In this document: positions 8,977-18,708 of the stretch, piece after piece
How positions within the stretch are numbered: position 1 is the first letter of the stretch
Layout: every line of letters begins with the position of its first letter
Assembly (NCBI GenBank): GCA_902580665.1
Contig: CACHLP010000003.1
Location: forward strand, 1 to 60,315
DNA from: an uncultured Pelagibacteraceae bacterium
GTDB taxonomy: Bacteria > Pseudomonadota > Alphaproteobacteria > Pelagibacterales > AG-422-B15
DNA: 60,315 bases
Direction: 5' to 3'
Made by a program: the position numbers and the translations under genes
Notes under the pieces: model-generated
Databases searched by the model: none
The model's input: only the letters and a program-made list of their open reading frames with translations
Told to the model about the DNA's origin: nothing

Positions 8977-10647
8977 TTATCGCTGGTCAGTCTGATAATT
9001 GGGGCTCTGCCAAGTTTGTAACTCTATGCGAGTTAGAGGTTTAGAGCCTAATATTTCGTCACTAATTTTTTCAGCGATCATTATTGTAGGCGCGTTTGTA
9101 TTGCCATTTGGAGCAAAAGGCATGATAGAGGCGTCAACAACTCGTAGACTATTGATGCCGTGAACTTTACCTGAATTATCTACTACTGCATATTTGTCTG
9201 TTTTTAAACCCATACGTGCTGTGCAAGCTAAATGCCATTGACTAGTCGTGTGCAAGTTTAGTTTGGCATCGAGGTCAGCATCTGACTTACAATTATCACC
9301 AGGAAAAATCTCTTCACCTTTTAAGTCAGAAAATGACGGTTGATCTAATAATTCGCGAACTAAATGAATTCCTTTACGCATTAATTCCCTATCACGTTTA
9401 TCTTTTAGATAATTAACTAGAATACGAGGTGGATCAGCAGGGTTATTTGAGCGCAATTCAATCTTGCCGCGACTATGCGTACGCATTAAACCGACGTGTA
9501 CCTGAAACGCATGTTCCTTTAAGGGTTGCCATGAATTATTTTCCATCGCAATTGGTGAAATACATAATTGCAGGTCTGGATATTCAACTCCTGGTCCAGA
9601 CCTAATACATGCAACTGAGTCAAAATGATTAGATGCACACATACCTTCTTTTGTTAAAAGCCATTGAATGCCAGCACCTATGCTATTTAGTCTTTTTGTC
9701 TTTGGCCATAATGTTACCGGCTTTAAACATTTATATTTTATCATAAAATCAGGATGATCCTGAAGGTTTTGTCCAACGCCAGGCATGTCAGCTTTAAGAT
9801 TAATACCCATTGATTTCAGATGATCCTTTGGACCAATTCCTGAAAGCATTAATATATGCGGAGATCCAACCGCACCGGCACAAAGGATGACTTCTTTATT
9901 TGATTTCACATTAAATATTTTATTCTTATTATCTTTAAAACAAACTCCTGTTGCCTTGTTATTTTCAAGAATTAATTTGCACACAAGTGCTTTTGTAATA
10001 ATGGTTAAATTTTTTCTATCACGCACTGGGTCAAGATATCCTCGTGTTGTACTCCATCTTTCTCCTTTAAATACAGTCCGATCAAAAATGCCAAAACCTT
10101 CCTGGCAATATCCACTAATGTCATCTGTTTCTTTGTATCCTGCTTCTTTTCCTGCATTAATAAAGGCAATGGAAAGTGGATCTTTGGGTATGCTTCTATG
10201 CACTCTTAAGGGTCCAGAATCGCCTCTAAAATCATCTCCACCGCCACTATACGACTCCATTTTTTTAAAATAAGGCAAAACATCAGCGTAACCCCAGCCG
10301 TCACAACCCATTTGTCTCCAGCCTTCATAGTCCAATGAATTTCCCCGAATAAATACCATGCCATTTATTGATGAAGATCCACCAAGAGTTTTGCCACGAT
10401 CATGTTGCAGCTGTCTCCCTGCAAGTTCAGGTTCTGGTTCGCCTTTAAATGCCCAATTATGCTTTGTACTTTTAAGGTTTAATAAGACGGCACCGGGCAT
10501 TTTCAACGTTATGGATTTATCTTCCCTGCCAGCCTCAAGAAGAAGAACACGGTTTTGTGGATTTTTTGATAATCTGTTTGCTAATACACACCCAGCTGAG
10601 CCAGCGCCAACTATGATATAATCATATTCAGTGTCTATATTTTTCAT
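8977..10647 (-). CDS. GMC-family FAD oxidoreductase, choline dehydrogenase-like
   Basis: N-terminal FAD fold DYIIVGAGSAGCVLANRLS. 556 aa. GMC C-terminal region with the active-site His region (..NGNTNAPTIMIAEK..). Confidence 0.8.
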   Translation of the reverse strand: MKNIDTEYDYIIVGAGSAGCVLANRLSKNPQNRVLLLEAGREDKSITLKMPGAVLLNLKSTKHNWAFKGEPEPELAGRQLQHDRGKTLGGSSSINGMVFIRGNSLDYEGWRQMGCDGWGYADVLPYFKKMESYSGGGDDFRGDSGPLRVHRSIPKDPLSIAFINAGKEAGYKETDDISGYCQEGFGIFDRTVFKGERWSTTRGYLDPVRDRKNLTIITKALVCKLILENNKATGVCFKDNKNKIFNVKSNKEVILCAGAVGSPHILMLSGIGPKDHLKSMGINLKADMPGVGQNLQDHPDFMIKYKCLKPVTLWPKTKRLNSIGAGIQWLLTKEGMCASNHFDSVACIRSGPGVEYPDLQLCISPIAMENNSWQPLKEHAFQVHVGLMRTHSRGKIELRSNNPADPPRILVNYLKDKRDRELMRKGIHLVRELLDQPSFSDLKGEEIFPGDNCKSDADLDAKLNLHTTSQWHLACTARMGLKTDKYAVVDNSGKVHGINSLRVVDASIMPFAPNGNTNAPTIMIAEKISDEILGSKPLTRIELQTWQSPNYQTDQR

Positions 10648-10727
10648 TGTAAATTGGTTTTTTTAGTGTTCATCAATGCTTTTTAACTAGTGCATAGTAA
10701 GCTATTATTCAAATAAAAATCTACTAA

Positions 10728-11672
10728 ATGAAAGAAAATAATTTTCTTGCAATAACCTATATCATGCTTGGCATGACAGCATTCGCATTGCAGGATACCG
10801 TCATAAGATTGCTTGCTGTTGATATTTCAATTCTACAGGTAATGTTTGCTCGTAGTGTTGTTGCGTTAATTCTCTTAGCTCTCTTTTTAAAAATTACTAA
10901 AAAAGACATTATTTTAAAAACCGAGTTTCCTAAATTATCAATCTTTAGAACAGTAATGTTTATTTTAGCTTTTGTTTTCTATTATATAGGTCTTCATTAT
11001 TTAACTTTTGCTGAAGCTACGGCACTATTTTTTACAGCGCCATTTTTCATTACGATATTTTCAGGAATATTTTTGAAAGAAAAGATAGGGTTAATAAGGT
11101 GGGCAATCATTGTTTATGGTTTTATTGGTGTATTGTTCATTGTCTCACCCGACATTAACTCATTCAATATATATATGATCTACCCTATTCTTTGCGCTGC
11201 TGGTTATTCTGCAAATATGATAATTATCAAATACACATCTGAAAAAGATAATGTTTATACTCAAACATTACATGTTTATATCGCTACGATAATTATTTGT
11301 CCTATAATTACATTTTCAGGAATATTTTTAGACTTTGGTAATTCGAATAGTGAAGTTTTAAATTTTCTTTTTAGAGATTGGTTTTTTAATGATCCGAAGT
11401 CCTTATTCATGATATTTGTCGTGGGAGTGTCTGTAATATTTGGATTTATTTTTCTCTTTAATGCATATAGACATGGAAGGCCTTACATTATAGCTCCGTT
11501 TGAATATATATTTTTGATATGGGCTGTTATATTGGGTTGGTTTATATGGAGTGAAACAGTAGACCTTAAAACTTGGGCTGGTATTGCAATAATTGTTTCT
11601 GCCGGAATATTTATTTTATATAGAGAAAAAGTAAAAGATCAAAATATTACTACTGATCAACCAATCAGATAA
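10728..11672 (+). CDS. EamA/DMT-family transporter
   Basis: 314 aa, ~10 TM helices in two-repeat EamA architecture. Confidence 0.75.
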   Translation: MKENNFLAITYIMLGMTAFALQDTVIRLLAVDISILQVMFARSVVALILLALFLKITKKDIILKTEFPKLSIFRTVMFILAFVFYYIGLHYLTFAEATALFFTAPFFITIFSGIFLKEKIGLIRWAIIVYGFIGVLFIVSPDINSFNIYMIYPILCAAGYSANMIIIKYTSEKDNVYTQTLHVYIATIIICPIITFSGIFLDFGNSNSEVLNFLFRDWFFNDPKSLFMIFVVGVSVIFGFIFLFNAYRHGRPYIIAPFEYIFLIWAVILGWFIWSETVDLKTWAGIAIIVSAGIFILYREKVKDQNITTDQPIR

Positions 11673-12158
11673 TTAGTCTCTAAAATTTACAAATTGTAAA
11701 GGTAGCTCTAGTTTCAATTCTTTAATCTTAGACATCACATCTTGTAAATTATCTTTTTTAGCACCGCTAATTCTCAACTCATTGCCTTGAATTTTTGCTT
11801 GGACCTTTAATTTTGTATCTTTAATCATTTTGGTAATCTTCTTTCCCATTTCTTGATCAATTCCTTCCAGTAAATCGTACTTCTGTCTAATGGTATTACC
11901 AGACGCGTTTTCCGAAGATTTAAATTTTACTGCTTTTGGGTCAATTTTTCTTTTTATTAAGTGCGATGTAAGTATTTCTATTACTTGTTTTGCCTTCATA
12001 TCATCTTCTGTTAAGAGAGTTACGACATTGTCTGAACGCTCTAATTTTGATATGGATCCTTTAAAATCATATCTTTGAGTTATTTCTTTCATTGCATTAG
12101 ATACTGCATTGTCAATTTCTTGCATTTCTAAGCGACTAACAATATCAAAACTTGGCAT
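11673..12158 (-). CDS. yajQ: YajQ-family nucleotide-binding protein (UPF0234)
   Basis: 161 aa. Characteristic N-terminus MPSFDIVS and overall YajQ pattern. Confidence 0.85.
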   Translation of the reverse strand: MPSFDIVSRLEMQEIDNAVSNAMKEITQRYDFKGSISKLERSDNVVTLLTEDDMKAKQVIEILTSHLIKRKIDPKAVKFKSSENASGNTIRQKYDLLEGIDQEMGKKITKMIKDTKLKVQAKIQGNELRISGAKKDNLQDVMSKIKELKLELPLQFVNFRD

Positions 12159-12160
12159 AG

Positions 12161-13291
12161 CTAAATAACCTCATTTTCATAAAACTTTTTAATTTCTTCG
12201 TCACTGTAACCAATTTCCTTCATAATATCATTATTATCTTGCCCAATTTCAGGTGCTTTTTTAATTTCAGCTTTATCATCAGAACTAAATCTAGGCGCAG
12301 GCGCTGGTTGAATAACTCCATCTACTTCAATAAAATTATTTCTGTCTATCATATGCGGATGATCTTTAGCATCATTTATCGATAATACAGGTGAATAACA
12401 CACATCAGTGCCTTCAAATAATTTATTCCATTCACTTATATTTTTAGATTTAAATATAGATTCTAATTTATCTTTTAATTTTGGCCATTCGTTCATGTCT
12501 AATTGGTTACTAAATTCATTCTGAAGATCTAGTTTTTCAATTAATAATTGATAAAACTGTGGCTCAAGTGAACCTAGAGATATAAATTTATGATCTTTTG
12601 TTTCATAGACTTGATAAAATGGGGCACCCCCATCAAGTAAATTCATTCCCCTCTTGTTAACATCCCATAGTCCTGATTGTGATAAGCTGTAAAAAATTGA
12701 CGTGAGAGTTGAAACGCCATCTATCATAGCTGCGTCAACTACCTGACCTTTACCTGTTTTTGAAGTTGACAATAAAGCAGCACAAACACCAAATGCTAGA
12801 AACATTGTACCTCCACCATAATCACCAATAAGATTTAATGGCACTGTTGGTTTTTCAATAACTCCTATTGAATGCAACGCGCCAGCTAGTGCTATGTAAT
12901 TTATGTCGTGTCCAGCAACTTTTGATAAGGGTCCTGTTTGTCCCCAGCCAGTTATTCTGCCATAAACCAATTTAGGATTTATTTTCATACAATCATCGGG
13001 GCCAACTCCCAGCTTTTCTGTAACTCCAGGTCTGAAGCCTTCTATTAAGGCATCTGCATTTTTTATGAGTTTATTAAATACATTAAGGGATTCTGCATTT
13101 TTAAGATTAAGACTTAAAGATTTCTTATTTCTTCCTGTGATATCATACTTTGGTTTTGAATTAGGTAATGTTGTTTTTTTTCGATCTATTCTGATCACTT
13201 CTGCGCCAAGGTCCGCAAATAACATGCCGCATAAGGGTCCAGGTCCTATTCCTGATAATTCGATTATTCTATACCCACTAAGTACACCCAT
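12161..13291 (-). CDS. Class III CoA-transferase (CaiB/BaiF; alpha-methylacyl-CoA racemase-like)
   Basis: N-terminus LSGYRIIELSGIGPGPLCGMLFADLGAEVIRIDR is typical of the family. 376 aa. Confidence 0.8.
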   Translation of the reverse strand: MGVLSGYRIIELSGIGPGPLCGMLFADLGAEVIRIDRKKTTLPNSKPKYDITGRNKKSLSLNLKNAESLNVFNKLIKNADALIEGFRPGVTEKLGVGPDDCMKINPKLVYGRITGWGQTGPLSKVAGHDINYIALAGALHSIGVIEKPTVPLNLIGDYGGGTMFLAFGVCAALLSTSKTGKGQVVDAAMIDGVSTLTSIFYSLSQSGLWDVNKRGMNLLDGGAPFYQVYETKDHKFISLGSLEPQFYQLLIEKLDLQNEFSNQLDMNEWPKLKDKLESIFKSKNISEWNKLFEGTDVCYSPVLSINDAKDHPHMIDRNNFIEVDGVIQPAPAPRFSSDDKAEIKKAPEIGQDNNDIMKEIGYSDEEIKKFYENEVI

Positions 13292-13299
13292 ACCATTAA

Positions 13300-15669
13300 T
13301 TATAGCGAGGCCAATTCTTTTGCAAAGCTAAAAGCTTTGTAAATTCTCTGTTTATCGTTGATTTTACTAAAGTTATAAACGAGTGTTTGGTCAGTTCTTA
13401 ATTTTATATCAAATTTATTAAGATTTATAAAATCAATTAATTTATCAGTTTTATCAAACTTATTATTTCTAAATTTAATTGTGAGACCTCTTTTCCCAAG
13501 ATCAAATTTCTCTACACTTAATTGTTTACAGAGAATTCTCAATTCAGTTATTTTAAATAAGTGATTAACTTCGTTTGGCATTAAACCAAATCTTTCTTCC
13601 ATTTCTTTTTTTACTTCAATCAATTCACTATTGGAATTTAAATATGCTAATTTCCTGTAAAAGAATAATCGTGTATTTAAGTTAGGTATATATTTTTCAG
13701 GGATTAAAACACTTAAACCTAAATTAAGTTGTGGAGACCAATCGTTATCTATAGAATCACTATCATTCTTCAGTTCTATTATTTTATCTTTTAATAGACG
13801 ATGATATAGCTCTAATCCGATTTCCTTTATATGACCTGATTGTGCATCACCAATTATATTGCCAGAGCCTCTCATATCAAGATCATGACTAGCTAAATTA
13901 AAGCTAGAACCCCTACTATTAAATTTTTTAAGCAAGGAAAGCCTTTTAAATGAATTTTCAGTAATGCCATTAATATCTTTAACGGTGTAATAACAAAAAG
14001 CCTCGATATTTGAGCGGCCTATCCTTCCCCTCAATTGATAAAGTTGCGATAACCCAAACTTATCGGCATTATGAATGATCATTGTATTCGTTTTTTGTAA
14101 ATCTAAACCTGATTCAACAATGGTTGTGCATAACAATAATTGGAATTCATTATTGTAGAAATCAATCATAGTATTCTTAAGATTTTTAGGTGACATTTGC
14201 CCATGAGCTATTTTATATTTTAGTTCAGGCATTGCCTTTTTTAAAAAATCCTCTACTTCTTGCAATTCTTTGATGCGCGGACATACATAATAAATTTGAC
14301 CATTTCTTTCTAATTCCTTTTCAATAGCATTTGTAAGGTCTTTTTCATTAAAATTTATGACTTCTGTCGCTATAGATTGCCTATTTAAGGGGGCGGTAGA
14401 AATAATAGATAAGTCTCTTAATCCCACCAAAGACATTTGAAGTGTTCGGGGAATTGGCGTCGCAGTAAGAGATAATACATGAATGTCTGACCGTAAGTTC
14501 TTTATTTTTTCTTTTTGGGAAACGCCAAAATGTTGCTCTTCATCTATAATGAGCATACCTAGATTTTTAAATTTTATTTTATTACCTAGTAGTGCATGTG
14601 TACCAACAACAATATCAAGTTCCCCATTATTTATTTTTTCTAGAATAGAACTCGTTTCTGAGGCTGAAACTAATCTTGATAATTGACCTATTTTGATTGG
14701 ATAATTTTTAAATCTTTTTATAAAGTTTTCATAATGTTGCTGACATAAAAGTGTCGTAGGAACTATAATTGCAACTTGTGCTCCATTCAGTGCAACATTA
14801 AATGCGCCTCTCAAGGCAACCTCAGTTTTGCCAAAACCAACATCACCACAAATCAATCGGTCCATAGGCACACCGTGACTTAAGTCTGATAAAATATCTG
14901 ATGTAGCGGTTACTTGATCCTCAGTGTCTTGAAACTCAAATTCATTAATGAAGTTAGAGTAGTAAGGTTCTTGAATTCTATATTTTTTCCCTTTTTTTAA
15001 GGATCTTTTTGCTGCAATGATAATTAATTCTTCAGCTATTTCTTTAATTTTATTTTTCGCACTAGCTTTTCTGAATTGCCAATGAGAATTACCTAATTTA
15101 TCAACTTGCACATACTCATTGTTACCACCATACTTGCTCAGTAACTCTATATTTTCAACAGGAACATAAAGTTTATCATCATTAAAATAATTTAATTCAA
15201 TACAATCATGACTATTTCCTAAGACTTCTAATTTCTTTAAGCCTCGAAATTTACCAATCCCATGATTAGCATGCACTATTAGATCATTTTCCTCAAAACT
15301 ACTTAGGTCAGATAAAAAAGTATCTGCTTTTATTGATCTCTTTCCTTGATTAAATGCAAATTCATTGAATGGTCGAATGATTGCTCTATTAATTTGTTGA
15401 ATGGTTTTTTGTGTTTTTAATTCAAATTCTTCAAATTTTTCTATTTTATCACCAAATAAATTTATTCTAATAGGTTTAGCAAATTCTGAAGGAAATATAT
15501 CAATAACGTCACCCTTTACAGAAAACTCCCCTGGTTCACGTATTGAACTTACCCTAACATACCCATTCGATGATAAGTAATTAAGAGTGTATTCGTAATC
15601 AAATTCATTTTCAAAATTAATATTTAAGTTTGAAAGCGTTGAGGCTGTAACTAGTGCTTCTGATGGCAT
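13300..15669 (-). CDS. mfd: Transcription-repair coupling factor Mfd, N-terminally short form (789 aa)
   Basis: CarD/RID motif LIVHANHGIGKF lies at ~aa 130. SF2 helicase motifs are present: GDVGFGKTEV, DEEQHFG, TATPIPRT, QLRGRIGRS. The usual ~350-aa UvrB-homology N-terminus is absent, and the start overlaps the sdhE stop by 1 nt. Confidence 0.85.
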   Translation of the reverse strand: MPSEALVTASTLSNLNINFENEFDYEYTLNYLSSNGYVRVSSIREPGEFSVKGDVIDIFPSEFAKPIRINLFGDKIEKFEEFELKTQKTIQQINRAIIRPFNEFAFNQGKRSIKADTFLSDLSSFEENDLIVHANHGIGKFRGLKKLEVLGNSHDCIELNYFNDDKLYVPVENIELLSKYGGNNEYVQVDKLGNSHWQFRKASAKNKIKEIAEELIIIAAKRSLKKGKKYRIQEPYYSNFINEFEFQDTEDQVTATSDILSDLSHGVPMDRLICGDVGFGKTEVALRGAFNVALNGAQVAIIVPTTLLCQQHYENFIKRFKNYPIKIGQLSRLVSASETSSILEKINNGELDIVVGTHALLGNKIKFKNLGMLIIDEEQHFGVSQKEKIKNLRSDIHVLSLTATPIPRTLQMSLVGLRDLSIISTAPLNRQSIATEVINFNEKDLTNAIEKELERNGQIYYVCPRIKELQEVEDFLKKAMPELKYKIAHGQMSPKNLKNTMIDFYNNEFQLLLCTTIVESGLDLQKTNTMIIHNADKFGLSQLYQLRGRIGRSNIEAFCYYTVKDINGITENSFKRLSLLKKFNSRGSSFNLASHDLDMRGSGNIIGDAQSGHIKEIGLELYHRLLKDKIIELKNDSDSIDNDWSPQLNLGLSVLIPEKYIPNLNTRLFFYRKLAYLNSNSELIEVKKEMEERFGLMPNEVNHLFKITELRILCKQLSVEKFDLGKRGLTIKFRNNKFDKTDKLIDFINLNKFDIKLRTDQTLVYNFSKINDKQRIYKAFSFAKELASL

Positions 15670-15926
15670 TACAATAAGGTGTAATCTTTAAGCAGTGTGA
15701 ATACTCTATTGCTTAAAGAATCTGGAATTTCTTGTTTATTTAATGCGTATTGGTAAATATCGTTATCATCCATTTCAAGTATTGCTTCAAGCATCTTCAA
15801 TTCATCTTCGTTAAATAAAGTTAGATACTTATTCGCAAATTTTCCCAAAATTAGATCCATTTCTTTAGACCCACGATGAGTTGACTTGTATAATAGTTTT
15901 TTTTGAAATGTTGATAAATCTTCCAT
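15669..15926 (-). CDS. sdhE: Succinate dehydrogenase flavinylation factor SdhE (DUF339)
   Basis: 85 aa with the RGSKEMD (RGxxE) signature. Confidence 0.8.
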   Translation of the reverse strand: MEDLSTFQKKLLYKSTHRGSKEMDLILGKFANKYLTLFNEDELKMLEAILEMDDNDIYQYALNKQEIPDSLSNRVFTLLKDYTLL

Positions 15927-15956
15927 ATTTTTTAATTAATTTGATACATTAGATAT

Positions 15957-18014
15957 ATGAGGCCTAAAATCTTATACAAGCTTTTTTCAAATATAATATC
16001 ACTTAAAGGTATTGGACCAAAAAATGCTAAGGTAATCGAACGGTTATGTGGCAAATATGTTATAGATCTCTTATTTCATAAGCCATCTACTTACATTGAT
16101 AGAAGAAACAGTCCAAAAATAATTGATCTTGAAGAAGGTAAAATTGCAACAATCATAGTCACGATAGATAGTCATTCACCTTCTTTCAATAAAAGGATGC
16201 CCTATCGCATTAATTGCACGGACGACACTGGAGGTATTTCAATAGTATATTTTAACTTGCGAGGCCCCTATCTAAAAAAAATATTTCCGGTAGGAAGGCA
16301 GAAGGTAATTAGTGGTAAATTTGAGAAATTTAATGAAAATTTTCAAATTACGCATCCCCAACATGTAGTAGACTTAGAAAATCTAGATAGCGTAAAAAAA
16401 ATAGAGTGTATTTATCCACTTACTGCTGGATTAACATCAAAAACTATTCAAAAATCTATAAATTCAGCATTAATTAATCTTGATCCTCTTCCAGAATGGA
16501 TACCTGACGATAAAATTAAAACAAATAATTGGCCGAATTGGAATGAAGCAATTAAAAAAATACACAACCCTGTCAATACATCAGACTCGGTTAATTCTCT
16601 TTTCCTTGAAAGATTAGTTTTTGATGAACTATTAGCTCAGCAACTAACGATACGGCTTATAAAAAACAAAATAAGCCATACTCAGGGCATAGCTATAAGA
16701 AGAAATAATAAATTTATAAAAAAATTGGAAGAAAATCTTGATTTCAGTCTCACCAGTGATCAATTGAAAACTATAGAAGAGATATCAAAGGATCAGTCAA
16801 AGCCAAACAAAATGCTTAGACTGTTACAGGGAGATGTTGGAAGCGGTAAAACAATTGTGGCTTTATTTGCTATGATGCAATGTTTAGAAAATAACAAAAG
16901 ATCTATACTCATGGCGCCAACTGAGATACTTGCTGAGCAACATTTCAATACAATAATAAAGATCGTTAACTCAATGGATCTAACATGTTCATTGATAACA
17001 TCTTCAACAAAAGATAACCATAATTTTGACGCAGATATTTTGATTGGTACTCATGCTCTATTTCAAGAGAAAGTATCTTTTGTTAATATTGGCTTAGTTG
17101 TGATTGATGAGCAGCACAAATTTGGTGTTCACCAAAGAATCTTACTTAATGAAAAAGCAGGAAACGAATGTGATGTATTGCTCATGACAGCAACTCCTAT
17201 TCCAAGAACTTTAGAGCTTGCTGCTTATGGAGACACTGATATTTCTAAAATTATGGAAAAACCAAAAAATAGGAGAGAAATTAATACTAAATCAATAAAT
17301 GTAAATAAAGTCGAAGATCTGAAGAACAGTCTTAATAAAATAATTAATAAAGGTGAAAAAATCTATTGGGTTTGCCCTTTAGTCGATGAATCTGAAAAAC
17401 TTCAATTACAATCTGTGAATGAAAGACTAAGAGATCTCAGAAATTATTATAGCGATTATTCTGTCGAAATTGTGCACGGACAAATGCAACAAGAGGATAA
17501 GAATTCAGTTATGAAAAAATTTAAATCTGGAAAAGTTAATATATTAGTAGCTACTTCAGTAATAGAAGTCGGCATAGACGACCCTGATGCTACAGTGATT
17601 ATAATTGAAAATGCAGAAAGATTTGGTCTTTCACAGCTTCATCAATTACGAGGGAGAGTCGGAAGAGGTGAAAAAACCTCAACCTGTATTTTATTGTTTA
17701 ATGGTCCTCTTACTGAAAATGCTAAAAGAAGAATAAAAATTATGAAAGAAACCAACGATGGATTCAAAATTGCTGAGGAAGACCTGGATATTAGAGGTGC
17801 AGGAGAAATTCTTGGATCCAAGCAAAGCGGCGTGCCAAATTTTAAACTGTCAAACCTTGATAAACATAAACACCTATTAGAAGAAGCGAGGGAAACAGCA
17901 ATCAAGACCATTAAGGATGATCCTGAATTAAAAACACCGCTTGGAAAAGCGCAAAGAGTGCTGCTTCATTTGTTTAGAAATGATGTCGCAATTGATTATC
18001 TTAAAACAGGGTAA
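15957..18014 (+). CDS. recG: ATP-dependent DNA helicase RecG
   Basis: 685 aa. Wedge domain plus helicase motifs GDVGSGKT, DEQHKFG, TATPIPRT, QLRGRVGRG. Confidence 0.9.
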   Translation: MRPKILYKLFSNIISLKGIGPKNAKVIERLCGKYVIDLLFHKPSTYIDRRNSPKIIDLEEGKIATIIVTIDSHSPSFNKRMPYRINCTDDTGGISIVYFNLRGPYLKKIFPVGRQKVISGKFEKFNENFQITHPQHVVDLENLDSVKKIECIYPLTAGLTSKTIQKSINSALINLDPLPEWIPDDKIKTNNWPNWNEAIKKIHNPVNTSDSVNSLFLERLVFDELLAQQLTIRLIKNKISHTQGIAIRRNNKFIKKLEENLDFSLTSDQLKTIEEISKDQSKPNKMLRLLQGDVGSGKTIVALFAMMQCLENNKRSILMAPTEILAEQHFNTIIKIVNSMDLTCSLITSSTKDNHNFDADILIGTHALFQEKVSFVNIGLVVIDEQHKFGVHQRILLNEKAGNECDVLLMTATPIPRTLELAAYGDTDISKIMEKPKNRREINTKSINVNKVEDLKNSLNKIINKGEKIYWVCPLVDESEKLQLQSVNERLRDLRNYYSDYSVEIVHGQMQQEDKNSVMKKFKSGKVNILVATSVIEVGIDDPDATVIIIENAERFGLSQLHQLRGRVGRGEKTSTCILLFNGPLTENAKRRIKIMKETNDGFKIAEEDLDIRGAGEILGSKQSGVPNFKLSNLDKHKHLLEEARETAIKTIKDDPELKTPLGKAQRVLLHLFRNDVAIDYLKTG

Positions 18015-18683
18015 TTATTTTGTTGGAGGGATAACCATTCCTGCAGAAACAACTAATTTTATCGCATCCTCAACAGACATATCAAGTTCTACTGCGTCTT
18101 CCTTGGGTATAAAGAGTAAAAAACCTGATGTTGGATTTGGTGTTGTCGGAACGAATACGTTGACCATATCGATCTTTTTACGATCTTTGATTTCACCCTT
18201 AGTTTCACCAGTCATGAAGCCTATCGCATAGATGTCTTTCCTTGGATACTCAATTAAAACAACTTTTTGATAAGCTGCGTCTGCATTAGAAAATGTTTCA
18301 GTGATTTGTTTTATCGCTTTATAAACATTGCCTGCAAATGGTATTCTGGTAATAAGGTTATCAAAGTAACCAAGTATTGCTTTTCCGAATAAGGTTGAAA
18401 AAATCAATCCAATTAAAATAAAAGATAAAAAAGCGATAATTAGTTCTAATCCAGGTATTTCGTATCCAATTATTTCTGGAAGCAGCCCATTGGGATTAAA
18501 CCTTTGCGGTACTAATCCAGCAATAAATTCAACTATAAATATAGTTATGTATATTGTAGCCCCGATTGGCGCTGAGATTAACAATCCAGTAAAGAAATAC
18601 CTTTTTATAAAATTTACGAAGCTATTTCCTTTTTTCTTATCTAATTCTGACATAAACTTATTCTTGGAGTAATAGAATATCAC
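18015..18683 (-). CDS. DUF502-family membrane protein
   Basis: 222 aa. Two N-terminal TM helices followed by a soluble domain. The N-terminal pattern KRYFFTGLLISAPIGATIY is typical of DUF502. Confidence 0.6.
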   Translation of the reverse strand: MIFYYSKNKFMSELDKKKGNSFVNFIKRYFFTGLLISAPIGATIYITIFIVEFIAGLVPQRFNPNGLLPEIIGYEIPGLELIIAFLSFILIGLIFSTLFGKAILGYFDNLITRIPFAGNVYKAIKQITETFSNADAAYQKVVLIEYPRKDIYAIGFMTGETKGEIKDRKKIDMVNVFVPTTPNPTSGFLLFIPKEDAVELDMSVEDAIKLVVSAGMVIPPTK

Positions 18684-18708
18684 AGTTTTTTAATTAGGGT
18701 AATTAATA

